64,000 bases of DNA from a virus, in IMG/VR virus record IMGVR_UViG_3300025674_000016, positions 1 through 64,000 of that record; one strand, 5' to 3'. The notes beneath the pieces were generated by a model. It was not told the DNA's origin, made no database searches, and saw only the letters and a list, made by a program, of their open reading frames with translations. Made by a program: the position numbers and the translations under genes. Below, piece by piece: positions 16,934 to 24,773 of this stretch (position 1 is the stretch's first letter; every line of letters begins with the position of its first letter).

Positions 16934-17233
16934 ATGGCTAGCCCAAGAAAAAGAAGAGCATTGAAGCTTGCAAGAGCAAAAAGACTAGCAGAGGCAGCAA
17001 ATCCACAACCAGAGCCTAAAGTTGAAGAAACTTTGCCCGCAACTCCCCCTGCCCCTACGCCAGTTGAGGAGTTTAAGTGCGATAAATGCGATAAAGTTTT
17101 GGAGTCCAAAGACCAAGACTGCAAGGCGTGTGCAGAGCCTGGGCCTGAAAAGAAGAAACCTAGAACTAGAAGATCTAGAAAGAAGCCTGAGCAGGTTAGC
17201 GAGGCGGCTGTCGATGTCAAAACAGAAGAATGA
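16934..17233 (+). CDS. small Pro/charge-rich protein with CxxC..CxxC
   Basis: AGGAG SD before ATG 16934; KCDKC...DCKAC. Confidence 0.7.
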   Translation: MASPRKRRALKLARAKRLAEAANPQPEPKVEETLPATPPAPTPVEEFKCDKCDKVLESKDQDCKACAEPGPEKKKPRTRRSRKKPEQVSEAAVDVKTEE

Positions 17234-17399
17234 AACAAGAGAGCTTTTAGAGTCTTTAATAAAAGAAAGATTAAAGATTGTAATAAAAAAGCTCTTGCTA
17301 GGTGAAAAGGAGCTTGAAGAAGCTTCTACAGTGGCCGGTGGCAGTGTAGCAGGTGCCCCAGTTAGCAATAATAAAAACAATTCTCTTATTGGAGAATAA
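17214..17399 (+). CDS. small leader-like protein (LLESLIKE...LEE-ASTVAGGSVAG)
   Basis: GAGG SD before ATG 17214. Confidence 0.6.
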   Translation: MSKQKNETRELLESLIKERLKIVIKKLLLGEKELEEASTVAGGSVAGAPVSNNKNNSLIGE

Positions 17400-17413
17400 T
17401 ATGGAGTCAATAA

Positions 17414-18217
17414 ATGCATATCAATCGAGACGAACTTATCCAAGAAATGATTCTTAGGAAGCAAATTAGATCGATTATAAAAGAATCGTCTAAGCAGTGG
17501 ATCAAGGACAACCACCCTAATGAATACGGTCAATTTTTGGAAGAACAAAAACTCAGAAAAGCTATTCAATCTATTGCTCCTAGAATCTTAAATGAAGAGA
17601 TGTCTGACTCTGAGGCTGAGGATATGGCTATCTCTTTCGTTAGAGAGACTTTACTAGCTGTGATCAAAATTGTCAAGCAAGATCAGTCAAAATTTACTAG
17701 TTCTGAGGTTCAGGATGGATTTATTAAATTTTGTTTATTGGCGCTTAAAAATGATTTTGAGGAAAACAGAGGAGAAGAGTTTGAAGAATCCTCAAATGTC
17801 TCAGAAGAAGATGAAGATCTAGCAATTCTTAAAGAATTAGAAGACAACAACGATGGAATTGTTGATGTCAAGGTTGGACCTAAAGATGACCCAATGTTTA
17901 TTTCAGATGAACCAGACGAGCCCGAAGAAGAAGATGAGGAAGAAGATCTTTCTCCAAGAGAAACAAAAGAACAAGAGCTTTATTTAACTTTAAGCGATGA
18001 AGAAAAAGTAGGCTTTAGATATGCCAGAGATAATACTTGGCCTAAAGTTACTAAGCAGATTAAAAAAATACACAAGCAAGTCCTACCTCATAAAAAAGCA
18101 GTTGATTATTATGAAGAATGGTTAACTAAAAACTTTAAGTTACATGGTGAAAATACTAAAGAAGAAATGCCTTTGAAAGGCGAAGAAGAGCAAGAAGAAG
18201 AATCTTTAGAGCTATAA
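17414..18217 (+). CDS. acidic protein with repeated E..LRK.I leader motif (scaffold/internal head-like)
   Basis: EMILRKQIRSIIKE and EQKLRKAIQSI; GGAG SD. Confidence 0.75.
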   Translation: MHINRDELIQEMILRKQIRSIIKESSKQWIKDNHPNEYGQFLEEQKLRKAIQSIAPRILNEEMSDSEAEDMAISFVRETLLAVIKIVKQDQSKFTSSEVQDGFIKFCLLALKNDFEENRGEEFEESSNVSEEDEDLAILKELEDNNDGIVDVKVGPKDDPMFISDEPDEPEEEDEEEDLSPRETKEQELYLTLSDEEKVGFRYARDNTWPKVTKQIKKIHKQVLPHKKAVDYYEEWLTKNFKLHGENTKEEMPLKGEEEQEEESLEL

Positions 18218-18226
18218 AGTAACAAG

Positions 18227-18255
18227 ATTATATCATATTTTTTACCAAAAGTCAA
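18227..18255 (-). promoter_or_regulatory. near-consensus sigma70 promoter TTGACT-17-(TG)TATAAT pointing antisense into upstream genes
   Basis: -35 at 18255-18250, -10 at 18232-18227. Confidence 0.7.
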
Positions 18256-18265
18256 GAGTTAAGTA

Positions 18266-18649
18266 ATGCCTTGGAAAAAGAAGTTAAATAGAACTATTCC
18301 AAAAAGATATTTTGGTAAAACTAAAAACTATTCAATCTCAAACAAGTTAAGAAAAGAAGGTAAGATAACTGAGGAGTTTGAAATTATGTTATCTAGTCTT
18401 ACTCTAGAAGATATAATTGGTCTTAAACTAGAATTATCAACTAAAGTTGCCGGTGGTTTATTATATGGCTTTCCCTTATGGAGTGCCATTCCTAATATTT
18501 GTAGAGAAGCAGTATTAAAATATACAATCTCAGCGAGCAGGTCTAATCAAGAGGCTGCTAGGTTTATAGGAGTAGACCTTCACAAGCTAAAGTATTTATA
18601 TAAAAAATATAACATCAATAAATATTTTAGTGGACTCGGTGAGAAATGA
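18266..18649 (+). CDS. protein with C-terminal Fis-like HTH
   Basis: REAVLKYTISASRSNQEAARFIGV...L.....KKYNI. Confidence 0.7.
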   Translation: MPWKKKLNRTIPKRYFGKTKNYSISNKLRKEGKITEEFEIMLSSLTLEDIIGLKLELSTKVAGGLLYGFPLWSAIPNICREAVLKYTISASRSNQEAARFIGVDLHKLKYLYKKYNINKYFSGLGEK

Positions 18650-18659
18650 GGTATATACT
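18631..18659 (+). promoter_or_regulatory. promoter TGGACT-17-TATACT for the ncRNA/tmRNA unit
   Basis: -35 at 18631-36, -10 at 18654-59. Confidence 0.6.
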
Positions 18660-18664
18660 ATAAA

Positions 18665-18779
18665 TCCTGAATAGCACTCATTGTCTATAACGAGGGCGGT
18701 ATAAAGGGGGTGATCCAATTCCTAAATAGAAGATAGGCTGGTGTTGCCGCACACGAGAAGATAGTATTTAATATCAGGA
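18665..18779 (+). ncRNA. candidate rod-like structured RNA upstream of tmRNA
   Basis: terminal TCCTGA/TCAGGA, inner GCGGTA/TGCCGC; 5' end coincides with the predicted TSS. Confidence 0.4.
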
Positions 18780-18797
18780 GCTATCAGCGGCTATTTT

Positions 18798-19101
18798 GGG
18801 GGTGACTTGGTATCGACTGGGTACGGAATTAGTTCTTGCAAGGAAGTTTGAGCAAACTTTAAAAAGTTCAACCATTTTAATTGACGAAAGCCAATTCGAA
18901 TACGCAATGGCCGCTTGAGGTCTTGCTGGGGTGGCAACAGCCCTATTATCCAAAGTTGCGAAAATAAAGGTTCGTTTACTTTCCTTTTCCAAAAGTAAAC
19001 AATCGTTTACTTTGCTTGTTGGAGCACTAAACCAACTAACCTTGTGAATGAAAGAACAAAGTGAAGTATTTAGGACGCGGGTTCGAATCCCGCCTCCTCC
19101 A
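18798..19101 (+). ncRNA. ssrA: tmRNA, tag (A)DESQFEYAMAA
   Basis: GGGGGTG/CTCCTCC-A acceptor with G3-U70; TCGAC D-loop region; GCGGG-TTCGAAT-CCCGC T arm; tag frame 18883-18918 after TAATT. Confidence 0.95.
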
Positions 19102-19908
19102 TTAGTTAAGAAAATCTCGTCTTAAAAGTAATTCGCGGTGGTCCCACACCTCTCTCTCATAGAATCTTCTAAGAGAGTCGTAACTCGGTGAGTACACAAT
19201 AAAATTAAATCTTGTGTTCATCATGGACACGAGACCTACGACCTCGCCTCTTTGGTTCATAATGGCGCTACCTGAAGATCCGCCTGTAACAGGCAAACTA
19301 TAAACCGAAAGGTTTGCTTCTGGGTCATAGCCGTTAAAGAAACCATCAGTAATAAAAGGAGCATTCTTATGGAGAATCCCAGCAGGAGCAGCCACATTTA
19401 ATATTCTATCTCCTGGTCTAGGAGCATGAGCAGCAATCTTTAGTTTCGGCCTCTCCAGATCCTTTGCATAAAGCAAACAGAGATCACCTTTTTTATCCAT
19501 TCTGATTACTTTAGTTGTAAACTTTTTTCTTTCTTTGGTGATCGCACTTACTTCTAATCCAGCAGTAATGCTTAGTCCTTTTGAAGTAAATTTGTTTGGA
19601 AGTTTCTGAGGTTCACAGACATGTGCAGCAGTGGCAACATAAGAACCTTGAATATCTGAATGTTCGATCACAAATCCAGAACCAAATACAAGAGGAATAC
19701 TTTCAGAATGACAACTTTTTGTTAGTTCGTCGCAGATGTTTGCAATTACTGATGTTTCAAGCATAACAAAAGCATCTCGCGCTCTGTCCAGTGGTGTGTT
19801 ATACTTGGAATCATCAGCGTCCACATTGGATGCATGGACGCAGGAGGTTGTGAACATTGAGATCAAAAGCACCTTTAAGAAGATTAGATCAAAAGTTCTT
19901 TTAAACAT
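19102..19908 (-). CDS. trypsin-like serine protease with signal/lipoprotein-like N-terminus
   Basis: GSGF, TAAHVC, DLCLL, GGSSGSAI; GGAGG SD before ATG 19908. Confidence 0.9.
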   Translation of the reverse strand: MFKRTFDLIFLKVLLISMFTTSCVHASNVDADDSKYNTPLDRARDAFVMLETSVIANICDELTKSCHSESIPLVFGSGFVIEHSDIQGSYVATAAHVCEPQKLPNKFTSKGLSITAGLEVSAITKERKKFTTKVIRMDKKGDLCLLYAKDLERPKLKIAAHAPRPGDRILNVAAPAGILHKNAPFITDGFFNGYDPEANLSVYSLPVTGGSSGSAIMNQRGEVVGLVSMMNTRFNFIVYSPSYDSLRRFYEREVWDHRELLLRRDFLN

Positions 19909-20024
19909 GGCGTTTACCCTCCGCATTAATAGATAGAGGTGAAAAATAGAAAAATTAATAATATCTCTAATTTTTCTAAATTCTATTTAGTTGTAGTGCT
20001 ACTCAACACTAGGAAGGAACCAAA

Positions 20025-21359
20025 ATGGCAAAGAAATTTTATGTGTTTGACACCTCAGTCTGCTTGACTGATTTTAATTCTGTTTACTCTTATGGGAATA
20101 ACGATATCGTTATTCCTTTTAAAGTTTTAGACGAGATCGATAACCACAAACAAAGACAAGATGGCGTAGGTACTAACGCTCGTGGCTTTATTAGAATGCT
20201 CGACCTACTCAGGGAAAAAGGAAGTATTATTAAAGGGGCAAGACTAGACAAAGGAAAGGGGCTGTTGATTGCTCGCGGCTACTCAACTGGAGTCTTGCCT
20301 GACGGATTCGATATAAAAATACCCGACAACCAAATTATTGCAACAGCCCTGACTCTCATGGCCGAGAATGAGGATACTAGAAGAAAAGTTGTTCTTGTTT
20401 CTCGTGATATCAATATGAGGGTTAAGTGCGATAGTCTAGGAATTCTCACAGAAGATTATTCAAAAGAAAAAGTTGTAAACAAAAGAACTGATATCTATAC
20501 AGGCATGTCAAAAGTGCTTGTTGACGACCAAGTAATTGATCAGTTCTATGAGGGCGATAAGGACGTGTTTTTAGGGGAAGATGTTGCTCTTTACCCAAAC
20601 GAGTTCGTTATGATGGTTTCATCTTCAAACGAAAAAAAGACTGCTATCGGCAGATACTTGAACGAAAGTTCTCCTTTGATGTTTGTGCCTGAATCTAACG
20701 GATCTTCCAAGAAAAGAGCGGCTTGGGGCATTAAACCAAGAAACAAAGAGCAGGGTTTTGCTCTTAATCTGCTTAGAGACCCAAACATTCATTTGGTATC
20801 ACTCATTGGAAAGGCGGGTAGCGGAAAAACCTTATGTGCAATTGCAGCAGGTCTAGAGCAGGTATTGGGCAAGAGCAGCACTTATAGTCACCTTATTGTT
20901 TCAAGATCCATTCAGCCAATGGGAAAGGATTTAGGATACTTACCAGGTACTCTAGAAGACAAGATGATGCCTTGGATTGCTCCTATTAGAGATAATTTAA
21001 AGTATCTTATGGGTAATGACCATGAAGCTTTAGATAATTACTTAGATCATGGTGTTATCGAAATAGAAGCTCTTACATATATAAGAGGGCGTAGTATTAG
21101 TAATGCTTTTATTATTATAGACGAAGCTCAAAACTTGACAATGCACGAGCTAAAGACTATAATCACTAGAGCAGGCGAAGGAACAAAGATTGTCCTTACT
21201 GGAGATATTGAGCAGATCGATAATGTTTATGTTGATGAAGTTTCAAACGGACTAACATACGCTGTTGAAAAATTTAAAGAGTATGATATATCTGGCCACG
21301 TTACTCTTTTAAAGGGAGAGAGAAGTAGGGTGGCCACACTTGCGGCAAAGATATTATGA
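20025..21359 (+). CDS. phoH: PIN-PhoH family ATPase (YlaK/PhoH2 type)
   Basis: VFDTSV...PDNQI...SRDINMR PIN domain; GKAGSGKT, LGYLPG, YIRGRS, DEAQN, GDIEQID. Confidence 0.95.
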   Translation: MAKKFYVFDTSVCLTDFNSVYSYGNNDIVIPFKVLDEIDNHKQRQDGVGTNARGFIRMLDLLREKGSIIKGARLDKGKGLLIARGYSTGVLPDGFDIKIPDNQIIATALTLMAENEDTRRKVVLVSRDINMRVKCDSLGILTEDYSKEKVVNKRTDIYTGMSKVLVDDQVIDQFYEGDKDVFLGEDVALYPNEFVMMVSSSNEKKTAIGRYLNESSPLMFVPESNGSSKKRAAWGIKPRNKEQGFALNLLRDPNIHLVSLIGKAGSGKTLCAIAAGLEQVLGKSSTYSHLIVSRSIQPMGKDLGYLPGTLEDKMMPWIAPIRDNLKYLMGNDHEALDNYLDHGVIEIEALTYIRGRSISNAFIIIDEAQNLTMHELKTIITRAGEGTKIVLTGDIEQIDNVYVDEVSNGLTYAVEKFKEYDISGHVTLLKGERSRVATLAAKIL

Positions 21360-21706
21360 CACAAATGAAATTTAACTGGCTAGATTACCAAACAGAAGAT
21401 TTTTTTCTCGATGAGGATAGTCTAGTAACTCCTAAAATTCCAATGGATATCGATATGACGGCCTACGTCAGAATAGATATGCATGAAACTGAGGCTTGCG
21501 ATAGAAAGGCTTTAATAAGAGCCAGAAAGAAATTTATTAATATATCTAATTGCAAACCAAAATTTCAAAGTGTAGAGGTTATAAAGAAGAAAACCATTAT
21601 TCTCTTTACTTCCAGAAAGATAGAGTATATAATAAAGATCTTAGCTGATTACAACTCTGTAACAGAATACTACAACAACGCACGAGGAGAAGATGCAAAG
21701 TATTAG
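21356..21706 (+). CDS. hypothetical protein
   Basis: 116 aa, ATGA-coupled. Confidence 0.6.
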   Translation: MTQMKFNWLDYQTEDFFLDEDSLVTPKIPMDIDMTAYVRIDMHETEACDRKALIRARKKFINISNCKPKFQSVEVIKKKTIILFTSRKIEYIIKILADYNSVTEYYNNARGEDAKY

Positions 21707-21959
21707 CGAAAAAGAGGCAACAAAGAATCCAACACTTGAAAGCTTGATTGGAAAAGAAACACAAATTAAAGAAATGATTGTTAATTACGTTGGCGAAAAA
21801 ATGGACAATGAAAGTGTAACAGTTCAGATGATCGTTGATGTTCTTGCAGAACAGTTTCCTGAATTAGTTCTTGCGGTAGCAGAAGAAAATTGGATTCGAG
21901 GATACCACCAGGCACTAGAAGATGTTGACGCTGGTCGCCAAGCCGAAGCAGAAGAATGA
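21693..21959 (+). CDS. hypothetical phage protein (EFPE...AEENW.RGY)
   Basis: 88 aa, GAGGAG SD. Confidence 0.75.
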   Translation: MQSISEKEATKNPTLESLIGKETQIKEMIVNYVGEKMDNESVTVQMIVDVLAEQFPELVLAVAEENWIRGYHQALEDVDAGRQAEAEE

Positions 21960-22636
21960 ACTTTACACCATCCAGCGAAGCCAAAAATAAGATTGGCGAG
22001 CACACTCTATTTAACAGAATCATAGCATACACAATAGAACCACTACCTGACAATGTGAGCCTTTCAGCCGTCCTAGAAAAGGTAGAAGAACTGGTTCCTA
22101 AAATTTTCTTTGATAATGTAGATTCTATTTATATCGGACATTTCAGAGAATTTGAAGAAAATCAAACAAATGCCTTTTACAGTGATGGCGCTCTCTTTAT
22201 CTCAAACAATCAAACAGATAACGACGACTTGCTTGATGATATTCTTCACGAGACGGCACACGCTGTTGAAAGGGAGTATGAGGCATTTATTTATGATACT
22301 GATCTTGAAAAAGAGTTTCTAACAAGAAGAAAAGTGCTTTACAACAGGGTTAAGACCTTAAACGATAGCAAGAGTCTTGATCTAGATTTCAATAAACAAG
22401 AATTTATGAGATTAGAATACAATAGAGAGTTCGATGAGTTTTTGTATCAGACATTGGGATATGCTTTTCTTCATAATATTTCATATGATCTTTTTGTTTC
22501 ACCTTATGGAGCAACTTCATTACAAGAATATTGGGCAAACGGTTTCGAGAACTATTTTGCGGATAATCCAGAAACTGTAAGAAAAATAAGTCCAATTCTT
22601 TACGGCAAGATTCAATCAATTGCAGAAGAGGCATAA
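21956..22636 (+). CDS. zincin-like metallopeptidase
   Basis: LHETAHAVE...YGATSLQEYWANGFE. Confidence 0.75.
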   Translation: MNFTPSSEAKNKIGEHTLFNRIIAYTIEPLPDNVSLSAVLEKVEELVPKIFFDNVDSIYIGHFREFEENQTNAFYSDGALFISNNQTDNDDLLDDILHETAHAVEREYEAFIYDTDLEKEFLTRRKVLYNRVKTLNDSKSLDLDFNKQEFMRLEYNREFDEFLYQTLGYAFLHNISYDLFVSPYGATSLQEYWANGFENYFADNPETVRKISPILYGKIQSIAEEA

Positions 22637-22637
22637 T

Positions 22638-23429
22638 ATGTCACACATTTCATTTAGTGAGTTGAGAAACTGGCTTCACTGCCCTCACTATCACAAAGTA
22701 AATCACATAGATGGACTAAGATCTTTTAATGGCAATTTGTTCACAAGCTTTGGCAAGGCTCTTCACGAAGTTGCAGAAAAGCTTGTTTTGAAGGAAATCA
22801 AACAAGAGGACTCAGCCGCCTATTTTAAAAATAAATTTTTTGATTTTGTTGATGAACTAGAAGATAAAGACAGCCAAGACGGCGAATTATTTGAACAGAT
22901 GATTCCGCAGGGTGAACACTTAGCGAACCTTATTTTTCCTGCTCTTGTGGCTGAATTTGGCAAATTTGAGCTTGTAGGCGTCGAAGAATTGATCTATGAG
23001 GATATCGAGAAGCCAGAGGATCTAGAGATAGGAGACAGAAAGTTTAAAGGCTTTATTGATCTTATTATAAAGGCTGAAAATGGCAAGCATGTTATATTAG
23101 ATTGGAAGACTTGTGGTTGGGGCTGGGACCAGAGGAAAAAGACTGATCCCAAATACACCTACCAGCTAGTCTACTATAAAAACTTTTTTGCAAAGAAGCA
23201 CGGCATTGATCCAAAGGATATTGAAGTTTACTTCGCTCTTTTGAAAAGAACCGCAAAGAAAGATAATGTTGAAATCTTCAGGGTAACAAGCGGTCCAAGA
23301 AAAACAAAGAATGCTCTAAAGATGCTTCACAATGCTCTTCACAATATTGAAAAAAAGAACTATGTGAAGAACCTCCTAAACTGCGAAGGCTGCGAATTGT
23401 TCAGAACTGAACATTGCAAAAGAAATTAA
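22638..23429 (+). CDS. PD-(D/E)xK Cas4/RecB-like nuclease
   Basis: ISFS......CP, FG.ALH, GFIDLI, ILDWKT, YQL..Y, C-terminal CEGC......C; start at MSHISFS. Confidence 0.88.
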   Translation: MSHISFSELRNWLHCPHYHKVNHIDGLRSFNGNLFTSFGKALHEVAEKLVLKEIKQEDSAAYFKNKFFDFVDELEDKDSQDGELFEQMIPQGEHLANLIFPALVAEFGKFELVGVEELIYEDIEKPEDLEIGDRKFKGFIDLIIKAENGKHVILDWKTCGWGWDQRKKTDPKYTYQLVYYKNFFAKKHGIDPKDIEVYFALLKRTAKKDNVEIFRVTSGPRKTKNALKMLHNALHNIEKKNYVKNLLNCEGCELFRTEHCKRN

Positions 23430-23433
23430 AAAT

Positions 23434-23462
23434 TTGAAAATCCAAAATAAGTGTGCTATATT
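23434..23462 (+). promoter_or_regulatory. sigma70 promoter TTGAAA-17-(TG)TATATT of the glycosylation island
   Basis: boxes at 23434-39 and 23457-62. Confidence 0.7.
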
Positions 23463-23495
23463 TTTCATATTATTTGAAAATCTAAAGGTACACTT

Positions 23496-24773
23496 ATGAG
23501 CGAAACCAATTCAAAAAAAATTAAAATACTCACCCTTTCTGATCACCCACTCAGCCCTTCTGGAGTTGGCACACAGACAAAATATATGATCGAAGGTCTT
23601 TTAAAGACTGGTGATTATGAAGTTGTGTCTCTAGGTGGCGCTGTAAAGCATCAAAACTACCAGCCAATGAAAACTGAAGAGTGGGGAGATGCCTGGACCA
23701 TTTATCCTGTTGATGGATATGGAACCCAAGATGTTATCCGTTCTGTGATAAGAAGCGAGAAGCCAGATATACTGTGGATGATGACTGATCCAAGATTTTG
23801 GCAGTGGCTGTGGCAAATGGAGGATGAAATCCGACCACTAGTGCCAATTGTCTATTATCATGTTTGGGATAATTATCCGCCACCCAAATACAACAAACCA
23901 GCATATGATTGTAATGATACAATTGTAACAATTTCTAGATTAACAAATGAAATTGTAAATGCAGTCACAGATGTTCCCGATGTAGTTCACCATCCTCACG
24001 CAGTGAATACGGATATATTTAAAAAGTTGAACCCTGAAGATGTAAAAACTTTTAGAGAGAACAGTTTTGAGGGTGGAGAGAAAAATCCAAACAGAATGGT
24101 TTTCTTTTGGAACAACAGGAATGCAAGAAGAAAACAAAGTGGCACTTTAATTTACTGGTTTAAGGAGTTTTTAGATAAGGTTGGTTATGATAATGCTTGT
24201 CTGATAATGCACACCGACCCCAAAGATCAACATGGTCAAGACTTGGAACATATCATAACTGAATTGGGCCTCCACAACGGACAAGTTATGATATCTAGAA
24301 ATAAGATTCCACCAGAAGGTTTAGCCATGCTCTATAACATGGCTGATTGCACAATTAACATTTCAGACGCAGAAGGATTCGGACTAGCCACTCTTGAATC
24401 TTTAGCCTGTGAGACCCCTATTATCGTAAATATGACTGGCGGCTTGCAAGAACAAGTGACCAATGGTGAGGACTGGTTTGGAATCGGAATCGAGCCTTGC
24501 TCTAAGGCAATTATCGGGTCTCAGGAAATTCCATACATCTATGAAGACCGCTTAAATAAAGAGCAGTTCTTAGAGTCTATTGAGAAATTCTATAATCTTA
24601 CAAAAGAGCAAAGAGAGGAGCTAGGTCAAAAAGGTAGAGAGCATGTTCTAAAGAACTATGATTTTGTCAACTACCAAGAAGGTTGGGACAAGATTATGAA
24701 GGACGTTCACCAGAAACACGGTTCTTGGGATAGTAGAAAGGGCTACGATACCTGGAGGCACGAGGAACTATGA
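23496..24773 (+). CDS. GT4-like (GT-B) glycosyltransferase
   Basis: NNRNARRK, LYNMAD, EGFGLATLESLAC.TPII. Confidence 0.9.
   Translation: MSETNSKKIKILTLSDHPLSPSGVGTQTKYMIEGLLKTGDYEVVSLGGAVKHQNYQPMKTEEWGDAWTIYPVDGYGTQDVIRSVIRSEKPDILWMMTDPRFWQWLWQMEDEIRPLVPIVYYHVWDNYPPPKYNKPAYDCNDTIVTISRLTNEIVNAVTDVPDVVHHPHAVNTDIFKKLNPEDVKTFRENSFEGGEKNPNRMVFFWNNRNARRKQSGTLIYWFKEFLDKVGYDNACLIMHTDPKDQHGQDLEHIITELGLHNGQVMISRNKIPPEGLAMLYNMADCTINISDAEGFGLATLESLACETPIIVNMTGGLQEQVTNGEDWFGIGIEPCSKAIIGSQEIPYIYEDRLNKEQFLESIEKFYNLTKEQREELGQKGREHVLKNYDFVNYQEGWDKIMKDVHQKHGSWDSRKGYDTWRHEEL

Noticed and set aside
18774-18992. 72 aa minus-strand ORF
   Set aside because: Antisense shadow of the tmRNA.
22638-23429. CRISPR-Cas system suggested by the Cas4-like nuclease
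   Set aside because: No repeat-spacer array or other cas gene seen in the window; stand-alone Cas4-like nucleases are common in phages.
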